DNA from: Rebecca billardiae RCC1528
Taxonomy: Eukaryota > Protista > Haptophyta
DNA length: 64,000 nucleotides
NCBI GenBank assembly: GCA_965240325.2
Contig: OZ251239.1
Location: forward strand, 1,054,001-1,118,000
Direction of reading: 5' to 3'
The notes under the pieces were generated by a model that was not told where the DNA came from, made no database searches, and was given only the letters and a program-made list of their open reading frames with translations. This document shows, piece after piece, positions 1-10,749 of the stretch; the first letter of the stretch is position 1; each line of letters opens with the position of its first letter. The position numbers were made by a program, and so were the translations under genes.

Positions 1-1916
1 AGCGGCGGCGCCGCGCCACCAGGGACACCTGGCGAGGGCGCGCGCAGCGGAGCGCCGCCGTCGGCGCGCGCGCCGGTGGCGGCCGCGGCGTCGACGGCGG
101 CCGCGTGCGGCGACGCGCCCCTGCGCCGGTCGCCCGTCGGGTCGGAGCGGCGCCTGCGCGAGACGTACGCGCCGCCCATCAGAATCACCGCCTGCGTGCG
201 CGAGTAGAACAGCTCGGTGTGCTCCCGGATGAACGAGGCGGGCGCAGTCATGCACGCCGTGATGACGAGACGGAGGCCCGTGATCGGAGCTTCTCTGTAG
301 AGCGCATGCAGAAGGTCCTCGCCCATCACGTCGTCGTCGTCGTCGTCGTCGTCCGACTCGCTGCCGGAGCTGGCAAGCAGCTCGTCGTCGCCGTCGTCGC
401 GCTGCGCGCGCGCGCCCGCCGCGCCCTCGCCGCCGCCGCCGCCGCCGCCACCGCCGCCGCCACACTCCGAGTCAGGCGCGCCGTCGGCTGGCGGCACCAC
501 CGTGACAGCGGGCGGCGCGCCGCGCGCGCCGCGCGGCTCGGCCGCCTCGTGCGGCCCCGCGCCGCTCGGCACGGTCGCCACGGCCATCGCGGCCGCGGCG
601 GCGATGCCCGAGGCGCCGGCGCTGCTCAGCCGAGACCGGTGCTCCGGGGACATGCCGAAGCGCGGCGAGGACGAGAGCGAGCGCACGATGGCGGCATTCT
701 GATTGATGCGAGCCGTGCGGGGGCTGGGCGTACGCGCCTCGCGCGCGCTCGCGGTGGGCACGCGCATCAGCGACGACGGCGCAGCCGGCGGCGGCGGCAG
801 GTGCGGCGCGGACGCCGCGGCGGGCATCTTGGACCCCGCGGGGCCGGAGGTGGGCGCCGTCGGCTGGCACGACTGAGGCGGCGGCGTGCACTGCGCGCGC
901 GCGGCGGCGGCCGCGTCGGCCGGCGGCGGCGGCGGCGGCGCGTCGCTGTTGGAGCCGCGCGCGCCCGCCGCGGCCGAGCCGGACACCGCCTCCTCCTCCG
1001 GCAGGTTGCCGAGAGCGGAGCCGGTCGAGCGGCGCGAGCCGCGCGTCGCGGGCTTGGGCGTGTGCACGCCCACGCGGATGTGCCCGAGCCCGAGCGCCTT
1101 GAGCATCTCCCGGACTCGCAGGACTTGGTCACGGAGCTGGCGGCGCGAGGCGCGGTCAAGCCTCCCCGGAAGCGGGCAGATCACAATGCCGAGCACGGTG
1201 AGCACGCCGAGCTCGACGAGCGCGCGCATCATCACCAGCGCGAGCTGGTCGTCCGTCGTGTTGTCCCACCGCACCTGCGTGAGGATCACCACCTTCACCG
1301 CGATCTGCGTGCGGCAGTCCGCCCACACTCCGGAAGTGTACGCTTCCTCCAGGAACCGGACCAGCGCGGGTGGGTCCTGCACCCCGTGGAGCTGCTCGGT
1401 GAGGCCGATGATGAGGTGCTCCACCATCGACGGCACGCCCAGCCTGCCCGCCGCGCGCGGCACCACGGCCTCGGACTCCCGCCCGCGGCTCCCGCCGCCG
1501 CCGCCGCCGCCGGGCATCGCGTCGGCGAGCTTCGACGCGACTTCGTCAAACGCAAGCTGCACGGCGCGCTGGAGCGCGGGAGAGTTGTCCGTTGACGCGC
1601 GGCGCAGCCCGGGGAGCGCGGGCCGCTCCGCCTCCGCGTCGTGCGCCGCCGCGCCGGGCAAGGCCACCTCGGCACCGGGCTCCCAGACCGACACCTCCTC
1701 GCTCACGTCTGCGAGCGATCGCTCGGGCGGCTCGCTCCGCGCTCGCGAGGACGCGCGCCCGATCGGCACTGGCAACAGGTCTTGCTCGGCGGTTCGCGAG
1801 CGCGGTGACGTCTCCGCAGCCGCGGGCGCGGCGCCCGCGCTCGCCGCCGCGGAGTTCCAGAGTGGCAGCACCGACTGCGGGATTAGCTCCTTCACAGCCT
1901 CAAGCAGCGAGCGAGA

Positions 1917-1948
<32 letters not shown>

Positions 1949-3572
1949 TGTCGCTGCTGTGCGCCCACGCGGCGTCGCGTGCCGGCCCGTGGCCGTTCGC
2001 GCCGCCCCCGCCGCCCAGCGCGGCACTCGCGCCCGCCGCGACGGCCGCGGCGGCGGCAGCCGCCGCGCTCGCGCCCGCCGTGCCGCCCACCGTGCCCGCG
2101 CCGCCAGCAGCACCGCCCAGCCCAGCGCCCGCCTGCCCGCCCGCGCCGAGCGCCTCTCGCGTAGGCAGCGCGGGCGACGTTCGGTTCCACACACCGTACC
2201 GGCCGAGCCGGCCGATGTGGAGGCGTGGCGAGGCGGAGGCCGGGCTGGCGGAAGGGCTGCCGCACGACGCGCTGCTCGCGCGGCGCTCGCGCTCGCCCGC
2301 CGCCGCGTCCGCGCGCACCGCCGCGTCCGCCACGATCCCCACCTTGATCGGACAGAAGAAGCGCGCGCGGAGAGACGGCACGGCCGCGAGCAGCGCGATC
2401 GAATCGTACATCGCAAACGTGGTCACGAGATCCCAGACTGAGTCGGTGTCGGAGCGGTCGGTCTCGACGGCGTCGCAGAAGCGGCGGAGGAACCACGCGC
2501 GGTCGCACCGGTCGGGCAGCCCCTCGCGCGCCTCCGAGCCCGACGGCGCGCACGCGCGCCGCCAGAGCGACTCGATCGACATGCGCTGCGCGTTGCGCAG
2601 CCGGCAGCCGATGATCGAGCCGGCGTCGGCCATGTCGTCGTAGATGTGGCGCGGCACGGAGCACTTGTACCCGCTCCAGCGCGAGACGATCACGAGGCGC
2701 ACGCCGAGCTCCTGGCACCGCCGGTAGAAGTACGCGCTCGACGCGCGGTCGAACTCGTTGTTGTGCGCGGTGTCCGGCTCAATGAAGGGCTCACGCCGCG
2801 CCGCGCCGCCCGCCTGCAGCCGGCCGCGGCCGCGCGGCGAGTTGTACGGCTGCGCGCCGCCCATCACGACGACCTCCTTGACCTTGGCGACGAAGAGCTT
2901 CTCGTTGTCGCGCAGGAAGAGCGCAATGTCCTTGAGCGACGAGATCAGCAGCACGGTGAGCGAGCACGCCGCCGCGGCTTCGAAAGTCCGGAGCAGCAGC
3001 AGCCGCCCGGGCTCGAGCAGGAACGAGCGCATGCCGAGCGCGGAGGCGGTGTACGGCGCGTGCTCGGTGAAGGCGTCCTCGCCGTGCGAGCCGCCGTCCG
3101 TCCCGATCCCCACGGGGATCGAGTGCATGTGCAGCACGTCGAGCGTGCCGCGCACGAGCCGCGCGCGCGCAAACGCGGGCGTGAGGTTCGCGACGACCGC
3201 GCGGCACTCGACGAGGCCGAGGCGGGAGAGGTGCGAGAGGAGGACGAGCGCCATCTCGTCGTCGAGGTCCTGTCCGGCGTCACTGATCATCACCAGCGGC
3301 ACCGGCGGCTCGTTCTCGCCCGACTGCGCCGAGGCAGGATCGAGCGACGAGCTGCCGCCGTGCTCGCCGGTGCGCGCGCGCGCGGCGTCACTCTCGGCCA
3401 AGCTGCTGCGCCTGTCCCCCCCGCCCCGCGCCGCGCCGCGCGAGAGGCGGCGCCCGATCAGAATGCCGACGAGCACGCCGATCGACGCCGGCAATGCGAG
3501 CCCGCGCAGGGCTCGCGCTATTCCCGACGACACCGTGGGCATCGTCGCGGCCGCTGGGGTGCGAGCCAGCAT
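1..3572 (-). CDS. Large protein with two inosine/uridine-preferring nucleoside hydrolase-like domains, N-terminal hydrophobic segment and low-complexity inserts; 3' end runs off the window
   Basis: Manual translation of the minus frame from ATG 3572 (or 3542) stays open toward position 1, so it is absent from the ORF track. Motifs: PLVMISDAGQDLDDEMAL, IPVGIG, KVKEVVVMGGA, EPDTAHNNEFD, MYDSIALLAA. Second copy: NTTDDQLALVMM..HIRVGV..QAVILMGGA. Confidence 0.8.
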
Positions 3573-3837
3573 CTCGCGAGCCCTCGAGCACAGGATGCGC
3601 CTCGCCGAGGCGCTGTTGCAAGCCGCGTATTCATCACCTTACCCGGCCTGTGCAACAGCGTATGAACAGGCGGGTAGGCACGTTGCCACTGCACATAATG
3701 GGAGATTTTGCATGCCCCCATATTCTGTCATATCATTCCGGCCAACCCGCTCCGCTCAGCAGATATTACGAGAGGAGAAGAAAAGTCGACGGACGACCGG
3801 GGCGACGGGCCGACGGCAAAGAGCACAACTCTATCAT

Positions 3838-5553
3838 AGATACTGAGCTGTGTGAACCTCTCAATAAATGCATATCTATCCTACTCTATCTACAAGACAG
3901 TATCAACACAGTACAGGTCGCTGCTTCGTTTTTCGGACTGCTTCGTTTTTCGGACCCGGGCGATGGCGACAGTGGCTCGCTCATCGGCGGGTGCGTGGCG
4001 GGCGCGCCGCGGCAGGGCTGAGCAGCCTGTCGGCGCGTGGGGTGACGTGCCCGTCAGTATACGTCACCAGTCGGGTCGCGGTGCCTGCTGGCATCGTCCT
4101 CGGCCGCTAGCAGCTCAGGCGCTGTGCTGATCGGTACGCCCGCGCTGACGCTGTGCGCGCCGGCCGGCGGCCCAGCGCAAGCGCCTCGATGAAGGCGGCT
4201 AAGGGCGTCAAGCCGTACTCGCTTGAGGCGAAAGCGGAGACCTACAAGATATAGTGCGCGGTAGTTGCGCAGAAGGCGGCTGCCATGCGCTGGTGTTGGG
4301 GCGCGCGGCTGCGTGCTCGGCCGACGACAACGAGCCCTCTGGCGCGCTCGCAGCATCGAAGTTGAGTGTGTTCACAGCCACGCCGGCGGGGATGCGCTGG
4401 AAGATTGCTCCAGCCTTCCGCGCCAACGTTGCGCTTGCCAAGCAGTAGTCGGCACGCCAGGCCGCCAAGCTCGCGCGCCTGCGTGAGCAGCACGAGGCCG
4501 AACTTGATGACGTGCGCTAGGCTGAGGTGGTGAGGTTCGACGCGGCTGAGCTCGCCGACCAGCTCGGTATCCTTCCTGTGCCCGCCGTAGAGGTCGCCGC
4601 GCCGAAGCCGGACAACGTGCGGCTCAATGATGGCCAGAATGACTCGTGGTCGTTGCGGGAATTCAACCAGAAGAAGGCCGCGCGAACTGCGCAGAAGGAG
4701 GCGGAGGCAGCGCGTGCGCGTGCTGGCCCACGGTCCGAATGTTCACCCGGTCGACGTCGACGGCGAACGCCGGACGGTGCCCGCGGCGCAGGGTCTGGAG
4801 ACTCTAACATCGACAGTGGCCTAGTGAGCATGCTTACCTGCCCCTGGGGTTGGCTGCTACACTCACGTGATGTCTGGAATGTATGATGCCGTCAGCCCGA
4901 CTCGAATGGCCTACCAGGCCGCAGCTGCTAGCAGACTCCGCGTGCGTGCTGAGAGCATGCGGTCCGAAAGTGGTCGACGGTGCCCGCGGCGGCGCAGCCG
5001 CAGCTGCCGCCTGGGGCTGGCGCGGAAGCTGAGTGAGCATGTTCGTCCGTTCCTGAGGTGGTCTACTGCATGTATGTAGTGTCTAGAATGCATGATGCCG
5101 TTAGCCCGACTCACACGGCTCACCAGGCAGCGGCTCTGACTCGGCGCGCGCGCTGAGAGCCCGCGGGTCCGAAAGTTGAAGCATGCCGTCGGCGGCCCCG
5201 TCGTGGACCTCGTGGCGTCCGTGGGGCACATGGTAGTGGAACAAAGTCGTCTAAATGGTACATAGCCGCTGTGTTGTACCTCAGGCACACCCTGGGGGTG
5301 CCGCCAGACGCGATCTCGAGCGCCGCAGACCCCCGGGGGCGCCGCCGCCATCGTGCACAAAAAGTGAACAGCAATCGGGTCCGAAAGTTGAAGCAGCGAC
5401 CTGTAGTAGCAGATCTTCCGGCTTTGTCAAGTTCTGCTCGCGTCCACGTTGAACGCCCACGAGTCCCACTACCACCTGGCCGGTTGAGCCCCGAGCTCCG
5501 CGCCGCGTCGCCAGAGAATCCGACGCGGAGGGGAATGCAACGGCTCAGGATCT
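3838..5553. mobile_element. Decayed non-autonomous TIR DNA transposon with 3-bp CAT target duplication
   Basis: AGATACTGAGCTGT (3838) and ACGGCTCAGGATCT (5540-5553) are inverted at 12/14 positions, with CAT directly outside both ends. Internal GGTCCGAA(A/T)G motif at 4732, 4961, 5166 and 5378, with inverted TTTTCGGAC copies near 3930-3955. Confidence 0.5.
4189..4886 (+). pseudogene. Disrupted ORF of unknown function (coiled-coil-like) inside the decayed element
   Basis: Protein-like reading MKAAKGVKPYSLEAKAETYKI*...ALAKQ*SARQAAKLARLREQHEAELDDVR*AEVVRFDAAELADQLG, with TAG stops at 4252, 4446 and 4518 and one frameshift. Confidence 0.5.
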
Positions 5554-5797
5554 CATTCAGCCAGGCGGTCCGCGACTCACTCGAGTGACTCTGACCCCCG
5601 TCGGTTCAGACTTCGACGTGGCCGTCTGTCTAGCGTCTGGGCTCTGGCACGCGCAGACGCGGTGCCCGCGGGGCCGCGGGCGCGGCCCGTCACTTCATTC
5701 GGCGGCTGGCCAGATGGCAGACGACTGCCGTCTGCGCGCCTGTGCGGACGCCGAGCTGTCACACGGGCTCGCCACGGCCTCGGGGCGGCCCAGCCCC

Positions 5798-6438
5798 TCA
5801 GTTCATCAGGTCGTAGTCGTCCAGCTTGTCGTTGTACCGCATCACGTGCCGCTTGATCTTGGACGTGTCGACCCACGTGATCAGGTCCTCAAACTGGCGC
5901 GTGACGAGGTAGGCTGGGTCGGTGACCGTCTCCGGGCCGATGCGGATGTGCCCCTGCTCGACAAGCGTGACCGCCTCCTTGAGCGTCTCCGCGTACCGCA
6001 AGCGCACCAGCACAACCGGGAGCCGCCGCCGGCAGAACGCCGATGCCGCGAGCCTGTCGCACGACTCGAGCTTCTTCTCGTGGATCACGCCGATGCCGTG
6101 TAGCTTGTCGAGCAGCCGCTCGGTGGTCTCGACGCGGAAGGGGTCGGCGGGGTCGAGCTCTTTCAAGCGCGAGACGATCTGCGCCCAAGAGGAGTGCAGG
6201 GGATGGGACGGCGCGTTGGCGGGCCCGCCAGTGGGGCGGCGGCGGGCGCGGCCAACGCGAGCGCGCGCACCTTTGTGACCGCGCCGCATAACCTGTTGTA
6301 CTTGTGGTAGTCCTCGCGCTTCTGGATGTGGTACCTGCGCAGGATCTTCACCTCGCGCACGTTGTCATCGGACTTCCATTGCAAGAAGTCCGCCTTCTTG
6401 AGGAGCGTGCGCTCGTGGTACTTCAGCGAGCGCACCAT
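5798..6438 (-). CDS. IMP3: U3 snoRNP protein IMP3 (S4 domain); exons 6438-6271 and 6178-5798
   Basis: [34 protein letters not shown]; [43 protein letters not shown] 92-nt GT..AG intron (6270-6179) restores the frame. Confidence 0.97.
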
Positions 6439-6622
6439 CGCCCACGCGATCGCGCGATTTTCCGGCCACGTCCGGCGGGCGGCGACACGTCGTCACATTT
6501 CCGATTTTCCGGCCTGCGCCTCTGCGGCGAATAAAATGCGGCTCAAGCCGTAGACACCCGCGTGAGTGAGTTGAGACTTGAGAGTGCGTGGTCGCGAGCG
6601 ACCGCCGCAGCACGAAAAGCAC

Positions 6623-6784
6623 ATGGGTGACGCCGTCGCAGGCGCAGTGCTGCCGCTGAGCGCGACAGACTTCGTGGTCTTCGTCCTGGCGATCGCCACG
6701 TTCGTGTTCGCCTCACGCTCGTTCATCCACATCCTCCGAGGCGGCGGCTCGCACTCGCCGCACAAGCGGCCGAAGCACGAGTAA
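6623..6784 (+). CDS. Putative 53-aa single-TM small protein or uORF upstream of PEX12
   Basis: MGDAVAGAVLPLSATDFVVFVLAIATFVFASRSFIHILRGGGSHSPHKRPKHE; gene-like C/G-ending codons and one hydrophobic helix. Confidence 0.45.
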   Translation: MGDAVAGAVLPLSATDFVVFVLAIATFVFASRSFIHILRGGGSHSPHKRPKHE

Positions 6785-6829
6785 GCGCGGGCGCGCACGC
6801 GCGCGCGCGCGCAACAGCCGTGAGACGCC

Positions 6830-8116
6830 ATGTCGGCGGGCCTGCACAACCCCCTGCAGCTGCACGCGCCCGGCCATGCGCCTACCCTGATCGAGATGCT
6901 TGCGATCGAGCGGCTGATGCCGCAGCTGCGCGAAGCGCTCCAGTACACGCTCGCCGTCGTCGCGGCGCGCCACCCGCGCCTGCTCCGCGCTCACGCGTAC
7001 TCGGACGAGTTGTGGGCGTTGTGCCTGCTGGTGCTCGAGGCGCACTGCCTGCGCACGGCGGACGCGTCGTTCGCCGAGAGCTTCTACGGCATCCGCCGCG
7101 CCCGGCGCGACCGGCACGGCCGCACCTCGCGCCTGACCGCGCACCAGCGCGCGCTCTCCCTGCTCGCCCTCGTCGCCCTCCCGTACGCGCGCGCCAAGGC
7201 GGCCGCGCTGCACCGCGAGGCGATGGGCGCGCGGCGCGGCGCCGTGCTCGCGCGCGCGGCGGCGCGCGCGCCGCCGACGCTACCGCCGACGCCGGCTGCG
7301 GCGCGAGGGGCGCGGGCCTCCGCGCCGCAGCCGCAGGCCCGTGCCACCGCCGTCGCTGCCACGCCGGCCGCGGCGCCGCTCGGGGCGCGCGCGCGCGTTG
7401 ACGCTGCTCGGACGGCCGCGGCCGCCGCGCTCGCGCGAGCGGCGCGCCACGTGTCGCGCGTGGTGCGCATGTGCGTGGTGGGCGCGTACCCGCTCTTCGA
7501 CACGGCGGCCGAGGCCGAGCGCTTCGGCTGGCAGCTCGCCCACGCCTTTGGCGCCACGCCCCACTGGTCGACTCTACTATTCTGTGCTCGCGTTGCGTAC
7601 GTGCGGCGTGCGCCCGACGACGAGATCTCCGCCGAGGCGACGGCGGCGGCTGGGGCGATGGCGGCGGCGCTGCGCGAGGTGCGCGGGCTCGCGCGCGCCG
7701 GGGCGGCGCAGCACGCGCCCGCCCTCGCGCGCGCGCTCGGCCGCGTCCTGCGCCTCTCGGGCGCCATTGCGCTCGACCACGCGCGGCACGGGCTGATCAT
7801 TCTCATCGTGGCCATCAAGATCCTGCACTGGTGGTACTCGCCCGAGGCCGTGGCCGCGAAGCCGCCGGCGCCGCCGCTGCCGCCGCCGCCGCCGCTGCCG
7901 CCGGCGCCCGGCGCGCGCGCGCTCCCCGCGGAGAAGCACGTCTGCCCGCTCTGCCGCATGCCGCGCGTGAACGCGACGCTCGCGCCCTCCGGTTACGTCT
8001 TCTGTTACCGCTGCATCTTCGACGCGCTCGAGCGGGACGGGCGCTGCCCGGTGACGCGCATGCCCGCGGAGGTCGAGGCGCTGCGCAAGCTGTACGAGCC
8101 GGCGGGCGACGCGTGA
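6830..8116 (+). CDS. PEX12: Peroxin 12 (Pex2/Pex12 N-terminal region plus C-terminal RING)
   Basis: PTLIEMLA..L..ALQY, DASFAESFYGIRR, KILHWWYS, CPLCRMPRVNATLAPSGYVFCYRCI..GRCPVT..LRKLY. Confidence 0.95.
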   Translation: MSAGLHNPLQLHAPGHAPTLIEMLAIERLMPQLREALQYTLAVVAARHPRLLRAHAYSDELWALCLLVLEAHCLRTADASFAESFYGIRRARRDRHGRTSRLTAHQRALSLLALVALPYARAKAAALHREAMGARRGAVLARAAARAPPTLPPTPAAARGARASAPQPQARATAVAATPAAAPLGARARVDAARTAAAAALARAARHVSRVVRMCVVGAYPLFDTAAEAERFGWQLAHAFGATPHWSTLLFCARVAYVRRAPDDEISAEATAAAGAMAAALREVRGLARAGAAQHAPALARALGRVLRLSGAIALDHARHGLIILIVAIKILHWWYSPEAVAAKPPAPPLPPPPPLPPAPGARALPAEKHVCPLCRMPRVNATLAPSGYVFCYRCIFDALERDGRCPVTRMPAEVEALRKLYEPAGDA

Positions 8117-8387
8117 GGGCGCAGCGGCCCGTCCAGCGTCGGCCGTGTGCACCGCCCAGCGCAGTCGTCGGGAGGGTGACGACTGCCGCAGTCGTCACCC
8201 TCATGAGCTGTCTTGATACTCAACTCGGTGGCCACCTGCTTGAGAGCTGGCCACGGCGGAATGAGTGGTGACGAAATAATAAAAACACGACATCCCGCCT
8301 CGGCTGACGTCCACGATGGGCGCCTTCGAGAAGCCTCCGCTCCGGCCTATCCACCGGCGCGCCGCGTCGGTCCATCCCGCGGCCGCG

Positions 8388-9248
8388 ATGGTGGCGTCAC
8401 GGCTTGTCGCGCTCACTCTGGCCGCTAGCGCGAGTGGCGGCTCACCCGCGATGCTGCGGAGTGCGTTCGGAGCCCGATCGCTCGCGCTCCGTCCTCTCTC
8501 CCTGCGCGGCGGCCGGAGCGCCGCCCCGCCCACCATGTCGACTGCGCACGAGGCGCCGGCGTTGGAGTTCTACACAAACGACATGTGCCCGTACGCGCAG
8601 CGCGTGTGGATCGTGCTGGAGGAGCTCGGCGTGCCGTACAACAAGACACTCATCGACCTGCGCGACAAGCCTGCGTGGTACGTGCAGTCCGTCAACCCGC
8701 GCGGGAAGGTGCCTGCGATCCGTGATCTGTCCGATGGCACGGTGGTGGTCGAGTCGCTCGTGGCGAACGAGTACCTGGTCGAGCGCTTCGGCGAGCAGCA
8801 CGAGTCGTCGCTCATGCCGAGCCAGGCCGAGCCCAGGGCGCGCGTGCGCCTGTGGAACGCCCACCTGGACTCCGTCCTCGCGCCCGCGCAGTTCACGCTG
8901 CTGATGAATCGCGACGCGGAGACCGAGGAGCAGAAGCTGGCAGCGCTGCACGCCGCGCTCGACGTGTACGAGCGCGAGCTGGTCGGGCCGTACCTCGTCG
9001 GCGAGATGTTCACGCTCGCCGACGCCGCGGCGCTGCCCTTCTTCGAGCGGCTCACCGTCTCGCTCCGCCACTTCAAGGGGCTCGAGCCGATCGACGCGCA
9101 GCGGTACCCGCGGCTCACGCGCTACCTTGAGACGGCGATGGCGCGGCCGAGCTTCCTGGCGACCAAGCGCGACGAGGCCGACCTGATCCGCGTGTACCAG
9201 GCGTTCGTGAGCACCGACTACAAGTTTGGCGGGCTGAATCGCGCCTAG
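8388..9248 (+). CDS. Glutathione S-transferase, Cys-type (omega/lambda-like), with bipartite presequence
   Basis: MCPYAQRVWI, INPxGKVP-like VNPRGKVPAI, ESLVANEYL, FTLADAAALPFFER; hydrophobic N-terminus from ATG 8388. Confidence 0.9.
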   Translation: MVASRLVALTLAASASGGSPAMLRSAFGARSLALRPLSLRGGRSAAPPTMSTAHEAPALEFYTNDMCPYAQRVWIVLEELGVPYNKTLIDLRDKPAWYVQSVNPRGKVPAIRDLSDGTVVVESLVANEYLVERFGEQHESSLMPSQAEPRARVRLWNAHLDSVLAPAQFTLLMNRDAETEEQKLAALHAALDVYERELVGPYLVGEMFTLADAAALPFFERLTVSLRHFKGLEPIDAQRYPRLTRYLETAMARPSFLATKRDEADLIRVYQAFVSTDYKFGGLNRA

Positions 9249-9689
9249 CCGCGGCCAGCGGCCGACGGGCCGCGCTGGCCGCAGCGAGTGCTTGCGGAAC
9301 CGGAGCCACGGCGATGGCATCAGCATTGACAATGCCAGTGTCGCCGTATGTCGTTGCCCGCGCTGGCACCGCGCCACGGCGGCTGGCTCGGGCATGGCGG
9401 GCATCGTCGGCTCGTGTCGTCACTCAGGCTTCAGCAGCTGCTCTCGCGCGGTGATAATATATATATATATGACGATTTATGAGAGTAGTTGAGCAGATTT
9501 GACTTTTGAGAGTATACAGTCAATTATTAATGATAAAATCTCCGCAGCCAGGCCTGGGTCAACCGGTTGACCCCTGGCTGATGCCGCCCAGCAGGCGGGC
9601 CAGGGCGCCCGAGGGCGGCATGCGCATCGGTCGGCATGAGCCATGACACTGCGCCTCGGCTAGCATAGCGCAGCAGCTGCTCATGCGAG

Positions 9690-10571
9690 TCATGCGCCAC
9701 GCGCGCGCACCACCTGCTCCCACGCAGCCTTGGCGGCGGTGTGTTCGGGGGTGCCCACTGGGTGGTCGAGCACAAGGCCACACGACTGCATCAGGCTGTA
9801 CACCATGGTGGGGCCGACGAACTTAAAGCCGCGCTTCTTCAGCGCGGCGCTCAGCCGCTCAGCGACGGGCGTGACGGTGGGTAGATCGCGCGGGTCCGTC
9901 ACCGTCGTCACGACCGGCGCGTGGCCAACGTGTGACCACAGGAAATCATCCAGCGCGGATGCGCAGTGGCTGTTGGTAAGGCTCCACTCGGAGCGCAGGG
10001 CCTGCACCGCGCGCGCGTTGGAGATGACCGACTCGATCTTGCCGCGGTGGCGCACGATCGCGCCGGCGCCGGTCTTGCTGCTCGCGAGCAGGGCGTCCAC
10101 CTCCGCCGCACCCATCGCCGCGCACGCGTCGACATCGAATCGGTGAAAGGCCGCTCGATAGGCCTCGCGCTTTTTCAGTATGGTTGCCCAGGAGAGACCC
10201 GCCTGCGCGCCCTCGAGGCAGAGCTTCTCGAAGAGCGGGGTCTCGCCGAGCTTGGGGAAACCCCACTCCGTGCGCATGTACTGGCGATACTCTTCGTCCA
10301 CGCCACTCATGAGGCTGTCGAACCAGGCGCCGTCCGCGGCGGCGGCATCCGCCGCGCGCGGCGACGCGCCGTCCGCGGCGGCGGCATCCGCCGCGCGCGG
10401 CCGCTTGTTGGGCCTTGCGCCGGACTGTGGCTTGGGCGGAGGCGCCACCAACTTGACGGGCGCGCTGGCAGGCACGCCTCGCGCAGCTCGCGCACGCGTC
10501 GACGGTCGCATCTGCATCGCTCGTGTGCTCGCAAGGATTGCCAGGGTCAAGCGCACGGCCACGCCCACCAT
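9690..10571 (-). CDS. tag: DNA-3-methyladenine glycosylase I (Tag family) with N-terminal presequence
   Basis: EWG, LFEKLCLEGAQAGLSWATILKKRE, IVRHRGKIESVISNA, LKKRGFKFVGPT..SLMQSCG..DH. Confidence 0.93.
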   Translation of the reverse strand: MVGVAVRLTLAILASTRAMQMRPSTRARAARGVPASAPVKLVAPPPKPQSGARPNKRPRAADAAAADGASPRAADAAAADGAWFDSLMSGVDEEYRQYMRTEWGFPKLGETPLFEKLCLEGAQAGLSWATILKKREAYRAAFHRFDVDACAAMGAAEVDALLASSKTGAGAIVRHRGKIESVISNARAVQALRSEWSLTNSHCASALDDFLWSHVGHAPVVTTVTDPRDLPTVTPVAERLSAALKKRGFKFVGPTMVYSLMQSCGLVLDHPVGTPEHTAAKAAWEQVVRARGA

Positions 10572-10749
10572 GTGCGTGTTTGGTTCCCCCCGCTTCGCGG
10601 ACGGCTGCCCCGGGAAATCCCGGAATCCGGCCCGTCGTTGCTGCCGATGTTCCGAGCCGGACCAGGGCCGGGCGCGACCTTTGATCCACCGAGCCCTCAT
10701 TACGAGCGCCGGCCGAGGATCGAGGCGACGACGGCGCCGCGCTTGGCGG

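Noticed and set aside
105-3846. Plus-strand ORFs of 340-585 aa
   Set aside because: Antisense shadows of the minus-strand nucleoside-hydrolase-like gene; Arg/Ala/Ser-rich with no domains. The same applies to most overlapping ORFs in the track.
4189-4886. TAG stop-codon reassignment or readthrough
   Set aside because: Real genes in the window end in TAG (e.g. GST) and this region also has a frameshift.
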